A stretch of 64,000 bases of DNA. It comes from Octopus sinensis (lineage: Eukaryota). Shown piece after piece: positions 1 through 13,407 of this stretch. Numbering within the stretch: the first letter of the stretch is position 1; each line of letters starts with the position of its first letter. The notes beneath the pieces were generated by a model. That model saw only the letters and a program-made list of their open reading frames with translations. It searched no databases and was not told the origin of the DNA. A program made the translations under genes and the position numbers. The stretch lies in assembly GCF_006345805.1 (NCBI RefSeq), contig NC_042999.1, positions 103,044,001 to 103,108,000 on the forward strand, given 5' to 3'.

Positions 1-556
1 TACAAAAATGTTCAGGGAAAGCGATCCTGGAGTAAGTGCCATGAGCCACCCTTAGCCACCCCAAAAGCGGGTCTTCACCCTAAAAAAGTCTTGCTCTGGG
101 TCTGGTGGAATTAGAAAGGAATTCTATACTATAAGCTTCTCCCAAGTAACCAGACAGTTAATTCTGAGAAATATTGCACACAACTGAACAAGTTAAAAGC
201 AGCAATTCAAGAGAAACGTCCAGAATTGACCAACAGGAAGAGTGTTGTTTTCCAACATGATAATGCAAGACCGCACATTTCTTTGGGAACCAGACAAAAA
301 TTGCTGCTGCTTGGCTGGGATGTGCTACCCCACCCTCCATATTCACCACATATTGTTCCTTCCGATTTTCACTTATTCAGGGATCTGCAGAATAGCCTTA
401 ATGGTAAAAATTTCAATTCCTTGAATGAGGCAAAAAAGATACCTTGATGAATTCTTTGCCATGAAACCACCTCAGTTCTGGGAAGAGGGTATTTTCAAGT
501 TAAAGCAAAGACAGAGACGTATTGTGCAACAAAATGGTTCATATTTGGTTGATTAA
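1..556 (+). mobile_element. Mariner (DD34D-type) transposase pseudogene, C-terminal half
   Basis: Frame 1 from base 1 reads ...PKAGLHPKKVLLWVWWN*KGILYYKLL...VFQHDNARPH...LPHPPYSPHIVPSDFHLFRDLQNSL. This matches the mariner HDNARPH and YSPDLAPSD motifs. In-frame TAG at 112-114; frameshift near 440; runs off the left edge. Confidence 0.9.
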
Positions 557-689
557 AATATAATGGCAAGAATTGGTCACCATTTTCAAGTATATGGGGC
601 AAAATTTCATCAAGATTTTATGGGTTGTTATACTACTTTATGGGCTTATACTATGGTGTTTAATGGGGTTAAATAGCAGTAGAATTGCG

Positions 690-1588
690 TTTCCCTCCAG
701 AGACAGTTCCGCAACCATAGAATGAATTTGATCAGATAAAATGCTTAAATAGTCTTGACTATTCTGCCACGAAAAAAACCATTAAGCCGGCGCATTTCCA
801 AGATATAGCTCCCCAGATCATCACAGATCCTCCTCCATGTTTAACAGTTGTAAGAAGGCAGTCTGGGTCAAATGTTTCATTTGGCTCTCGCTCTCTCCAC
901 ACGTATACTCGGCCGGTGGTCGAAAATAAGATAAAGAATGACTCGTCCGAGAAAATAACATTCTTCCACTGATCTAGGGATCAATTCAGTAAGTTTTTAC
1001 TCCAGTCTAAACACTTTGCAACATTTGTTTTTGAAAGTAGCGGTTTTCTTATTACAGTCCTCCTGTGAAATCCGGCTTTGTGCAGCTCCCGGCGGACAGT
1101 TTTTGTGGAAACTGGGTTCTCGAGGTGGTCATTAAACTCTGCAGTAATTTTGGGAGCTGTACCTTTGTGATCCTTTCTAACAATTCGCGTAAGTGTCCGA
1201 CGGTCCCTATCTGAAGTTTTGGTTTTCACCGGAGTTTTGTTTCGACGAGGAGGTTTTCCCCTCTTTCTCAAAGGCTGTCATTACTTTCGAGACAGTACTT
1301 CTTGATATACCCAACATTTCGGCTGTTTTCGTTACGCTAGTGCCTGCCATACGAGCACCAACAATTTGACCCCTTTGAATTTCCGATAGATCTATCATTT
1401 TAATCAATTTTAATTACCTTTTTCTGATGATATCTGAAAAGAAACAGCAATTTTAGCTAAACATATTTAGCAACACTAATAATAAAATGAAACGACATAA
1501 AAATGAACACGCTTTTGACGGCTTTACAGATATTTCAAAATTATGTTGCTATGATGTTAGGTGTTTCCATTATTTTGTCCAACCCATG
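690..1588 (-). mobile_element. Tc1-like DNA transposon, 5' part with left TIR, truncated before the second catalytic Asp
   Basis: ORF 1207-1407 is a paired-like HTH (LSEIQRGQIVGARMAG...ISRSTVSKV). ORF 981-1271 is the second HTH (TLTRIVRK...VSTKTVRRELHKAG..RKPLL). Then WKNVIFSDES and VKHGGGSVMIWG at 800-970. Minus-strand end reads TA|CATGGGTTGGACAAAATAATGGAAACACC, a Tc1-type terminus at a TA site. Confidence 0.88.
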
Positions 1589-2826
1589 TATGTACGCACA
1601 CATATAAACATAGTGCTTATATGAACAAACACTTATGTGTACGTATTTATCCATTTACAAACATGTACGTATATACATATAGATAAATCTCTTCATTCTT
1701 AACATACTTTGACAGATTTGAAATGTGGTGTTCTCCATTCAAATCTGCTGAAATGTGTTAAGAATGAATATATATGCAAACCATCGTTTTAGGTTTTCAA
1801 CGTTTCATCTGAAGATAATTTATTATCGACTTGGCAAGCACCATCATGCATCAGCAAATAAGTTGTGTGCCACATTCTATAAACAAGAACGACAATTTTT
1901 TAAAAGATCTGAGTCTACATGAAGAGACACAATCAGGTCAACGCACAGAGGTCTCAAACTTCTGTTATGTTACTGGGTCTAGTATGTCATCAACAACTAT
2001 CGTTTGAAAGAAGGTGTACTTCGAAGGTGAAATACAGGGTGCGGCAAAAGCAACCTGTTCATCAGTGTTGATAAACATTTTAACAGCAAACGCTCAGTGC
2101 TCAGTGGTTCAGAATACGATGGTAACTAAATCAGAAATAGGTAGGTGGAATATTAGCTGCATAAAGACGCCGATAGAACCTGGTTCACGTCACTAGCTGC
2201 AGTAGCGGGGCGGGTAAGTTTTCTTCCACTCTCTGGACAATATAGATTAACATATTCATGCTGGAATCTGGTCGGAAAGTGTTAAGAATCAGTATGAGCA
2301 CCATTGCTTCAATTCTCGTTGTTTTACAACAGACAGCAGACATGTATGTATGTATATAAATATATATATATAGAGAGAGATATCCATACACACACACACA
2401 CACATACACACACATACACACAAGTGTTTAGAATATTTATATACACAAAGAGGAGACCTGTGACAGGACTCCTTAGATGCTAGAAAGGCCACTTAAAACC
2501 TAAACCAGAAAAGAAGAATTCATGAGACTGATTGTAACACCAGAACGAACGAAAAAAGTGAATTAGTTAATTCCGAACTTGAGTTTCACCATTAATCTCC
2601 TAAATAAACTAATTTGGAATCTGTAGCTCGTCAGCGAGATCGCTAATGAATAATTGTGTAGTTGCAAATATGTACTGAAAACACGTGTGCAAGGCAGCTA
2701 CACCATAATCCATTTTGGTTTCGAACTTAGTGCGCGAGCGTAAATGCATAGCCCAGCAGCAAATAAATTTAAAAATGTCTCCTATACAGCCTCTGAATTA
2801 TAAATATTACTATCGTATTTACGATA

Positions 2827-2943
<117 letters not shown>

Positions 2944-4639
2944 ATGTGTGTGTGTGTGTATGTGTGTGTGTGTGTGTGTGTGCATGTTTGTGCATGTTTG
3001 TATGTATGTATGTATATTGGGGCGTGTGTGAGTAAGTGATACAATTTTAGGTCTTACATTCAGCTTATTGGTAGAGTGCGTAGAATGCGTGCGTGCTGTT
3101 ACATGTTCTTTCAGTATACTGAAGTATTTTCAATCAATTATCTTGTCTTCTGTGTCAAACGTGCAACGTGATTACTGACGAGAAATGATTAATTATGATT
3201 GCAAAACTTTGGTCCAAAAATGACAAGATCTCGACAAAGAACAACTGCCAAGCAGTTTCAATCAACAGTCGAAGTTGTTCTATGTTCATTTACCTTTGTT
3301 CAGTACCGGGTTAACTGATTTGTGGGTAGGACGAGAGATGGTGGTGTAAAGAAAACTCGACTTTGATATCAACAAAATGAATCCACAAGTCATATTGAAA
3401 CTAGAAACAATAAAATATCTCATCTATTCTCTGCCGTCTCTATCAACTAGATCTTGATCATGGAAACACCGAGAAAGCTCTAGGCTGTCGTTCATTCTCT
3501 TAGAAATACCAGTCAAACCTGGTTGAAAATCCGACTCCACAGTCTTAGAAACATTGAAAAAAGACATTCAATACTGTAGTCTGATATACACTATGATTGA
3601 ATAAAAGAAATGATGGTTGCAGATGGAACACTTTTGATAAATGATCTATTTGAATATAGTTGACCTGGGGCTAAATAACAATTATAGCAAGAAGAAAAAC
3701 TAGAAGAACAAAAACAACTGTATCTTCATAATTTAAATGTTTGATACTTGCGTCTAGCTATATGGAATGGTTATGGAATTGTCTGTGAGTTATGAAGTCT
3801 CCCCTTCACATTTTTGACGTTCGCTTTATTTATTAATTAGTCTATCCAAGATAACATAGAATTTGACAACTAATTTCGCTAAGTTTTCACCCTGAAATTT
3901 ACTTTATAAATTTTAGCATTGATTTTTTTTCTTCTTTGAATGAAAATAAGAATGTAATTTCTTTCCTTCTTTTTTTCCTTCTTTCTTTCTTTCTTCTTTC
4001 TTTCTTTCTTTTTTTTTTTTTCTTTCTTTCTTTCTTTCTTTCTATACTATCATAATGATCACTGCCTCAATATTTCTCTTTATAGTGGAATAGTAGTTAC
4101 AGTGACCAGCGCATACATATAAGACGAAAGACCTCGGTATTTAATACCAAATACAATGCCGAGAATAGCGCATTTAGCACTTTTATGTATGCATATTAAA
4201 TAGTAGTTTCAATAGAGGATCTCAGATCAGTTGACTAGCTATTCAAGAGCAAATCAGAAATAACTAAACAAATATTTGGAATAGTTGCATAACACCTCAC
4301 ACTTAACGGTAGTAGTGAGAAATGCTTGTTCCTGATTATCTCCAGTGAAGTTGATGAGGGAGGTTTGCTTCTAAGAGTGTAACTGTTGGTCATGTTGTTA
4401 TTCGAGTGGGTGCTTTTGTTTTTGTGATATTTTGTGAATTTGTGATTGTGAATGTGCTAGTAAGAGTTGTATTGTTTTCTGTTGAGTTGACAGTATAAAT
4501 ATTGATGTTGATGTTGTTGGACATTACATTGAATTTGTGTCTGGTTTTCTATTACATCGTCGTGTCTCATCGCTTTTGATTTGAGGCGACTTCCATTTGT
4601 TCGGGTCTGATTTTATCTATTCTACTTAACAAAAGCGTG

Positions 4640-5100
4640 ACTCACATTGCTAGTGCTTATGAAAGTCTTGTGCAGAAAGAGTACAAGCGCAGACATGACA
4701 ACGTAGCCCCAAACCTTCATTGGCTAAATATGGTCACAAGGTAGCGGGTGCTTGGTACCAACATACAACAGAGAAATTCATGGACAAAAAGGGGAAGGCA
4801 AAAATCCTCTCGGACTTTGACTTACAGAGAGATAAGGTCTTAGAGCACCAAGATTGGATGTAGTAACCTTTAGGAGGGACAAAAAAGAGTGCCTAATAAT
4901 CGACGTGGCAGTGCCAGGAGATCAACATATTATCATCAAAGAAGTAATTGAAAAATATGGAGACTTGAGAATTGAGATCGCTAAGATTTTGCAGCTACGA
5001 GAGTCAAATATAAAAGTTGTCCCTATTGTCATTGGAGCATTAGGTTCAATACCACTCACCTCGAAAGAAAAACTTCTGGAAACTTTAGAACTATTCTATA
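4640..5100 (+). mobile_element. R4/Dong-type RLE LINE, decayed 3' fragment
   Basis: Reads KEYKRRHDNVA..LHW, then ORF 4854 (CLIIDVAVPGD...EKYGDLRIEI...VVPIVIGALG), an RLE domain; followed directly by (TAA)n. Confidence 0.8.
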
Positions 5101-5105
5101 ATAAT

Positions 5106-5174
<69 letters not shown>

Positions 5175-5277
5175 GCAAACAACAACAATAATAATAATAA
5201 AATAATAATAATAATAATAATAATAATTATTATTATTATATTATTATTATTATATTATTATTATTATATTATTATTA

Positions 5278-5317
<40 letters not shown>

Positions 5318-5325
5318 TATTATTA

Positions 5326-5371
<46 letters not shown>

Positions 5372-5380
5372 GTTATTATT
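5101..5380. repeat. (TAA)n tract switching to (TTA)n near 5225
   Basis: Direct reading; tails of two oppositely oriented elements meet here. Confidence 0.9.
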
Positions 5381-5500
5381 AAGTGAGAGAGTAGTGCATG
5401 CCATCTAAGTAACAGTGGGGTAAAATATACGAAGCCCAGTATACCCATCATGACTATCCGTCCGAGAAGGTACATCCATCACAACCATATATGCGCGACA
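5381..5500 (-). mobile_element. 3' ~120 bp of the ~600-bp TAA-embedded non-coding element
   Basis: Similar to 5964-6100 and to the reverse complement of 43600-43715 (AGTGAGAGAG.AG.GCATGCCATC...AAAATATACGAAGCCCAGTATACCCATCATGACTA). Confidence 0.8.
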
Positions 5501-5730
5501 TATTCCTTCTGGACTAGTGGCGTACATTGGTTGGTAGTATGCCATAGGATTTCACCGTTTTGTCCACAGATTCTGCACTTATCACTTTCTGCTCTGTTGT
5601 CTATTCTGTATTTTATGTAGTTTGTTCTTAGTGCTTGCTCTTGATCACCACAGATTACAGCCTCCGTTTCCGGTTTTAAATCACTTTTAGTCATCCACAG
5701 CCATCTTTTTTTCTCTGTCTGTCATATCTT
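5501..5730 (-). mobile_element. R4/Dong-type LINE fragment (CCHC zinc-knuckle region)
   Basis: ORF 5479-5694: WMTKSDLKPETEAVIC..QEQALRTNYIKYRID...KCRICGQNGE..WH....C.PLVQKEY. Confidence 0.8.
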
Positions 5731-5740
5731 TATTATTATT

Positions 5741-5930
5741 GGTAAAGCAGCGAGCTAGCAGAACCCTTAGCACGCCGGACTGAAGTACGCAGTATTTCCT
5801 CCGTCATTATTTTCTGAGTTTGAATTCCGTTGAGTTTGCATTTCGTATCTTTCGGAGTCGCTACCAATAAGTAACATTTTAACACTGAGGACGGTGTAAT
5901 TGAGTATTCCTCTCTCAATTAATTTCAGGC
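5741..5930 (+). mobile_element. tRNA-derived SINE family 1, degraded copy
   Basis: Head AAAGCAGCGAGCTAGCAGAACCCTTAGCACGCCGG matches copies at 7940, 63005 and 63645. Confidence 0.65.
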
Positions 5931-5963
5931 ATTGTGTATATAATAGAAAGGATTATTATTATT

Positions 5964-6645
<682 letters not shown>

Positions 6646-6654
6646 GTAGTATTT

Positions 6655-6850
6655 CTAATATTGGCACGGGACCTAGAAATTTGGGAGAGCAAGTAATCGA
6701 TTATATAGACGTCGGTGCTCGAACGCCATTTATCGACTCGGAAAGGATGTAAGGAGAAGCCCACAGCAGAAGAATTTGAATTCAGGACGTAAAGAGCCGA
6801 CGATATGTCGCCGAACATTTTGCCCGATACGCCAACGATTCTTCCAATAA
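6655..6850 (-). mobile_element. tRNA-derived SINE family 1, degraded copy
   Basis: Reverse complement contains GAATCGTTGGCGTATCGGGCAAAATGTT...GAATTCAAATTC...CCTTTCCGAGTCGATAAAT, similar to other family 1 copies. Confidence 0.65.
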
Positions 6851-7624
6851 TAATACACATGAAGAAATACAAACAAAAAAAGAACAAAAAACTGATGTGA
6901 ACAGAAATACCTTCAATTCATTATAAACTATATTTAATGGTATGTTTAATGATCGAACAATCTAAATTTTGTTCAACCATATTAAGTCCCGGAAAAAAGA
7001 AACACATATAAAAATATACGAAAAATAAACACGAACCAACCATCAAAAACAAAAATCGGAAACCTATTACTACGGAAACATTGATATTACAACGGAAATA
7101 AAATTATGATAAAAAACAAAATACCTGAAAAGTCAATAGAATCTCAAAACACAGAAATCAAAGAATCGATGGAAAATACATAGAAAGGAAAAAAAACCAA
7201 AGGTTCAGAATATTTAGTCACGCAATGTATTTTTCTCTTACAATGTTTATTTTCGAACCTGTGAGCACCAATAAAGTTTGGTCTAGCCAGGTTTTAAGAT
7301 ATAGGAATCAACCGATCTTTTTTTATTGTTTTGTTCATTTATAAAAAAAACCCAAAAAAACATGAAATCGAGTGAAAGAAATTAATTGTTTCGTGGATTT
7401 GTGCGTGTGTATTTCTTTGCACATAGAACCATATATTCAGAATTAAAGTTTTAGTTTATGTTGCACTGCGTTTACTCCCTGGCGCACGTTTTCAGATCTT
7501 TGTCTACACTCGACGATTCCCACCATCTCAACACACAAGCACATACACACATACATAAAAAAAAACAAACACACACACACATATACACACACATGTACAT
7601 ATAGGTATGTATGTATATATATAT

Positions 7625-8023
<399 letters not shown>

Positions 8024-8595
8024 TCTGCCGAGGTCGACTTTGCCTTTCATCCTTTCGGGGTCGATAAATTAAGTAGTAGTTACGCACTGGGATCGATGTA
8101 ATCAACTTAATTCGTTTGTCTGTCCTTGCGTGTCCCCTTTGTGTTTAGCCCTTTGTTGGTAGTAAAGAAATAAATATAAATAAATCAGTTATGCACAATT
8201 ACGTAGAGTAAGATATGCATACATAGATGCAGATATATATATATGCACACACACACATAAACATATATAAATGTAGATGTATTTATTTTTTCATGCTTTA
8301 ATTTATTTCACTCATTCGCACGTCATATAGTGACGTGCTAATTGGCATGGTGGAGGTCACAGGTGGGGTGTGGTTTGAACAATTTATATCAGTGTTTGCT
8401 GCTCAAAACAGAAAAATTGTACAGCGACTGGATACCGCGTCATGCATACCTTGGAAAAGTACTGGGTATTATGTCTGTTTTCTTGTTTCGTGAAACATTC
8501 CAAAAATTCTCGAATATCTTAGTCCTGTGCGTTCGGCACTTGACCCGAGGCTGACTTCATGTAGTGCACGTCATTTACTCACTAAACCTTACCTT

Positions 8596-8596
<1 letters not shown>

Positions 8597-8656
<60 letters not shown>

Positions 8657-8669
8657 CAACAACAACAAC

Positions 8670-8737
<68 letters not shown>

Positions 8738-8758
8738 AACAACAACAACAACAACAAC

Positions 8759-8795
<37 letters not shown>

Positions 8796-8870
8796 TTAAT
8801 AATAATAATAATAATAATAATAGTAATAATAATAATATAATAATAATATAATAATAATATAATAATAATA

Positions 8871-8901
<31 letters not shown>

Positions 8902-8918
8902 TAATAATAATAATAATA

Positions 8919-8950
<32 letters not shown>

Positions 8951-8991
8951 TAATAGTAATAATAATAATAATAATAATAGTAATAATAATA

Positions 8992-9065
<74 letters not shown>
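8597..9065. repeat. Long compound microsatellite (TAA)n-(CAA)n-(CGA)n-(CAA)n-(TAA)n
   Basis: Direct reading, ~470 bp. Confidence 0.95.
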
Positions 9066-9067
<2 letters not shown>

Positions 9068-9560
9068 AATTATTGTGTATAGTGCTCAGGTGGACTGTTA
9101 AATTCCTTTATGTTGTCTCTTCCCATGTATGTTAAATGGTTTGGCACACATTTTCTGGCCATACACTTAATGAAGACGAATAAACTTATAGTAGAACCTA
9201 CTTCAGTGCTAGGCCTTAGTCTGAGTTCAGTCTACGTCTGCCACTAAACCTTATATTTAAGGTGATCTGTGCATCACGTCTTGGAAATACCAGTACATGC
9301 AGTGAACACAGATTACAGTACCTGTACCATATTACTGGGAAGAGTGCCAGGGATACAACAATGAATTGTTTTGAATGTTTTGATTGTGAGCCATACGTTT
9401 ATTGTCTGCCAATGTCTCGACTCTGATATGGACTTGACCTCAGCCTCATTGTTCATTACTTTATTTTCTGATATTTACCGTACCACTTTCATAATTTTTT
9501 TATCTTTATTGTTTCTTTTATATTGTTAACATTCTTCATTACTGCCACTATTTGTAAAAA
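9066..9560 (-). mobile_element. Unclassified decayed LINE-like 3' fragment (possible RLE C-terminus)
   Basis: With assumed frameshifts the minus strand gives FKTI/PIVV/GTLP-like residues and ends at the microsatellite; weak similarity only. Confidence 0.25.
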
Positions 9561-9649
9561 GAAAGCTTTTCTGGTTGTGTTTCTACTTCATGAATTTGCA
9601 GTGAACCAAAACTTCATCTACACGGCTCATTATTATTATTATTATTATT

Positions 9650-11088
9650 TTTTTTTTCTTCTTCTTTCAAATTTGCTTCCATTTCTTGCCGAGTGTCTTC
9701 CCGACTCCTAGGGCAAAGAAACTCATAGTATACATTGGTAGGCCATTAAACCAAACTCAGTAGTTCGTTCATTTTTAATTTTTTAAATTTTTTTAGGTTA
9801 AATTAAAATACATGAGCAGCAACAGTTCTCACATCGACAATGCTCTTCTCAATACGTGTGATGTACCAGTTAAGACAATCTTTTGCACTTCTTGCAGGGT
9901 TGGTAAGCCAGGGATCATTCTCATATAATTTTCGGTTCCCTTCTTGATCATTCCTAGTGCTCCTACGATCACTGGTATTGTAACCGCCTTGAGATGCCAC
10001 ATTTTCTCAATTTCAATGAGTAGGTCTTTATATTTTCTGAGCTTGTCAAACTCTTTCGCTGAGATATGATCACAGGGGATGCTCATGTCGATCAATAAGC
10101 AAACTTTATTGTTTTGGTCTTTCACAACAATATCTGGTTTATTGGCCTTGATGGTTCGGTCTGTATGTACTGGAAAGTCCCACAGAATGGTTACATTTTC
10201 TCCTTCAGTTACAGCCTCAGGGTGGTGATTATACCACTTGTCGGCAGTTTCGATATTGTAATGCCGACTTATTAGCCAGTGGAGATATTGGCCAACTCTG
10301 TCATGTCTTAATTTATACTCCACTGGTGCTAAGACTTTACATCCAGAGATTAGGTGGTCCACTGTTTCAATCATGTCGTTGCAGAATCGGCATTTTGGGT
10401 CTGCTCCATTTTTCATCACATTGGCATGGTAGTTCCGGGTTAATAGGCTTTGATCTTGAGCAGCCAGGATGAAACCTTCGCTCTCTGCTTTTAGCCCTGA
10501 GCTCCGTACCACTGATGGGTTTGCTTCTGGTCAACATCAGCTTGTTTGCTGCGAGTCACATATTTGCCGTGCAGAGGTTTCTCCTCCCACCTATCAGCCA
10601 ATTGCTCGTGCGCTTTTTTCATTGCCATCATTTTCACTTTCTTTGCAACAATAGTTGCCGTACTTCCCTCGGGTTGTTCAGTTTGGGTATCCTGCACGAG
10701 ATCAATAGCAAATTTTTTGCTTTCCTTTATGATAGAATGAAGCTTCTTTCGTCTCTCGTGATGTTCCACGAGCTTTAGCATCCATTCATTCGATACTTCG
10801 AGATATTTGGCCAGTCCAATTGTGGTTGTTTTGTAAGCTAGTTCAAATTGGATCAGGCCTCGACCTCCTTGGGCTCTGGGAAGGTAAAGGCGATCTACGT
10901 CTGCCTTGCGTATTTTCCTATCTATATTCTTTACTTCACTCATATTCCAGTTCAACACATTGTAGCTATAAGTAACAACTGGAACTGCTAAGGAATTTAT
11001 AGCTAACACCTTGTTACGTGCATTTAGTTCAGATTTCAGGACTGCACGAACTCTCCTATAACATTCCTTCCTGATTTTCTCTTTTCTC
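9650..11088 (-). mobile_element. R4/Dong-type LINE subfamily B, 5'-truncated (RT thumb + CCHC + RLE + 3' UTR)
   Basis: KEKIRKECYRRVRAVLKSELN...LAVPVVTYSY...RLYLPRAQGGRGL (10491-11088), then CRFCNDMIETVDHLISGC, KPDIVVKD, LLIDMSIP, KYKDL, PVIVGALG (9829-10512). ~180-bp 3' UTR; (TAA)n on both sides. Confidence 0.92.
9829..10512 (-). CDS. LINE ORF fragment: CCHC zinc knuckle + PD-(D/E)xK restriction-like endonuclease
   Basis: 227-aa open stretch with C-x2-C-x8-H-x4-C and PD..D..K motifs. Confidence 0.85.
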   Translation of the reverse strand: MVRSSGLKAESEGFILAAQDQSLLTRNYHANVMKNGADPKCRFCNDMIETVDHLISGCKVLAPVEYKLRHDRVGQYLHWLISRHYNIETADKWYNHHPEAVTEGENVTILWDFPVHTDRTIKANKPDIVVKDQNNKVCLLIDMSIPCDHISAKEFDKLRKYKDLLIEIEKMWHLKAVTIPVIVGALGMIKKGTENYMRMIPGLPTLQEVQKIVLTGTSHVLRRALSM

Positions 11089-11150
<62 letters not shown>

Positions 11151-11171
11151 TCTCTTATTATTATTATTATT
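11089..11171. repeat. (TTA)n spacer between two tandem RLE LINEs
   Basis: Direct reading. Confidence 0.9.
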
Positions 11172-11268
11172 CAGTAGTTTTATTTTTATAGCGTGCTTTC
11201 ACTTCACTACCGAGCGCAGCTCTGTGTGCCTTGGGTATGTGCTGTGATTTGTTGTGATTCTCTGATGG

Positions 11269-11958
11269 TTATTGTATGGAAAGTGTTCTGCGTAGGATGT
11301 GTGCAGTGCCTAGTAGTGCAATTTTCTGTATGTTATATGTGTTTGTAAGTCCTGGTGTTCTTGTTATGTATTTGTCTGAATATTTTTTTATCATGCCTAA
11401 TGCACCTACTATGATAGGAATTGTTTCTGTTTTCAGGTTCCACATTCTAGTTACCTCTATTTCCAGGTCTTTGTATTTTGAGAGTTTCTCCATTTCTTTT
11501 AGAGACACGTTGTCATCTGCCGGTATTGATACATCAATTAGAAAGCATTTTTTTCCTTCATGATCTCTGACAACTATATCTGGTCTGTTGGCCTTAATTT
11601 CTCTATCTGTGTGTATCGGCATATCCCAGAGTATGGTTGCTTTCTCGTTTTCTGTGACCTTTTCTGGTGTGTGCCTATACCATCTTTTTTCTGTTGTTAT
11701 TCCATAATGTTGGCATAGCTTCCAATGTATGTAGGTTCCAACTCTGTCATGTCTGTGAATATATTCCTTCTTAGCCAGGACTGGGCAGCTAGAGATAATA
11801 TGATTTATTGTTTCTTGTCCATCTCCACATATTCTGCAGTTACTTGTAATATTTCTTTTCATTACATGTTTTTGGTAATTTCTGGTGGGGAGGCTTGGTC
11901 TTGTGCTGCAATTAAAAATCCCTCTGTTTCTGCTTTGAGTCCTGAGCTTCTCAACCAT
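11269..11958 (-). CDS. LINE ORF fragment: CCHC + RLE endonuclease
   Basis: CRICGDGQETINHIISSC; RPDIVVRD..CFLIDVSIP..KLSKYKDL..PIIVGALG. Confidence 0.9.
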   Translation of the reverse strand: MVEKLRTQSRNRGIFNCSTRPSLPTRNYQKHVMKRNITSNCRICGDGQETINHIISSCPVLAKKEYIHRHDRVGTYIHWKLCQHYGITTEKRWYRHTPEKVTENEKATILWDMPIHTDREIKANRPDIVVRDHEGKKCFLIDVSIPADDNVSLKEMEKLSKYKDLEIEVTRMWNLKTETIPIIVGALGMIKKYSDKYITRTPGLTNTYNIQKIALLGTAHILRRTLSIQ

Positions 11959-12294
11959 TGCTGGGATTTTTCTTTGTCTATTTCTTTTGCGTTTAGTTTA
12001 CTCCAGTATTTACCATGAAGGGGCTTTTCTTGCCATCGTTTTATCATGGCTCGTTGCTGTTCTATTTTTAGTTTGGATTTCATTTGTTTTATAGCTTTTG
12101 TTGTTTCTTCATCATCTTCTTCTTCTTCTTCGTGTTTATTAGGTGGTATGATTTCTTGTTTGTATTTGTCAGCTTCCTTAAATACTGAGAACAGTTTTTT
12201 GTTTTGCTCGTGTTTTGCTGCTATCTGGATCAGTTTTCCTTCCTTCTGAAGTAGGTATTTTTGCAGTCCTATGGTGGTTATTTTATAGTAGTTT

Positions 12295-13407
12295 TTAAAA
12301 TTTTTTTAAAATTTTTTCTTTCATTTGTATGTGTTGTGTCTTATCTAGTTCATGGATTCCTAAGTATTTGTAAGTTTGGCTTTGGTCTAATTCTTTTATT
12401 TCATTTGTTTTATCTAGTGTGATGTTGTTACTCTTAACTAGTTTTCCTCTTTTCATGGTTACTTTGGCGCATTTTTCTAATCCAAATTTCATATCTATTT
12501 CTTTGGTAAATCCATGAACTGTCTTTAATAGTGTTTCCAGCTGTTTGTCATTTGCAGCGTATAGTTTTAGGTCATCCATATATAAAAGGTGGCTGATCGT
12601 TTTGCCGTAACATTTATATCCGCATCCAGTTCTATTTAGCATATCAGATAGAAGTGACAGTGCCAAGCAGAAAAGGAGTGGAGAGAGCGTGTCTCCCTGG
12701 AATATTCCTCTTCTAATGGAGATGTCTTTGGTTTTCATGAGTCCCTCTTTTGTTTGGAGGTGTAGGACTGTTTGCCATTTATTCATAGAGTGCTCTATGA
12801 ATTTTATGATTGTTGGTGCTACTTTGTTAATGGCTAGTGTTTCGAGGATCCATGTGTGGGGGATGCTATCAAACGCCTTTTCGTAGTCAATCCAGGCCAT
12901 ACTGAGGCCTTTCTTCTTTCTGTGGCTGTCTTCAGTTACGGCTTTATTAATCATTAGTTGATCTTTACAGCCATATGAGCCCTTGCGGCATCCTTTCTGC
13001 TCTTCTGGGAACAGTTTGTTTTCGTCCAGGTGCTTGTTCAGCCTTTGCGATATCACTGCAGTAAATGCCTTGAACATAGTAGGGAGGCAGGTTATTGGTC
13101 TGTAGTTTTCTGGTTTTGTTGTTTCATTTGATTTGGGAATTAAGATGGTTTTCCCCTTCGTGAGCCATTCAGGCATTGTCTCTGGCTCTGCTAGTATGCT
13201 GTTAAAGTTTTCAGCCAGCTTTTTGTGCATTCCTGTTAGATATTTCAACCAGAAGTTGGGGATCTTGTCATGCCCAGGTGCCTTCCAGTTGCTTAGTTTT
13301 TGCAGTGCCTGGGTGATCTCTTCAGTTGTTATGGGGGTCCAAAGTTGTTCAGATGCCGAGTTTGTTATTTTCATACTCCTTTTTTTGGCTGTTCGTTCGC
13401 CGACCAT
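12295..13407 (-). CDS. Non-LTR reverse transcriptase domain (fragment of the LINE ORF)
   Basis: 370-aa open stretch with the canonical RT motifs including YMDD. Confidence 0.92.
   Translation of the reverse strand: MVGERTAKKRSMKITNSASEQLWTPITTEEITQALQKLSNWKAPGHDKIPNFWLKYLTGMHKKLAENFNSILAEPETMPEWLTKGKTILIPKSNETTKPENYRPITCLPTMFKAFTAVISQRLNKHLDENKLFPEEQKGCRKGSYGCKDQLMINKAVTEDSHRKKKGLSMAWIDYEKAFDSIPHTWILETLAINKVAPTIIKFIEHSMNKWQTVLHLQTKEGLMKTKDISIRRGIFQGDTLSPLLFCLALSLLSDMLNRTGCGYKCYGKTISHLLYMDDLKLYAANDKQLETLLKTVHGFTKEIDMKFGLEKCAKVTMKRGKLVKSNNITLDKTNEIKELDQSQTYKYLGIHELDKTQHIQMKEKILKKF

Noticed and set aside
2034-2060. TACAGGGTGCGGCA, a Tc1/mariner-like terminus
   Set aside because: No matching opposite TIR or transposase remnant found nearby.
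8597-9065. CRISPR-like or other functional array
   Set aside because: Pure trinucleotide microsatellite without spacers, in a eukaryotic context.
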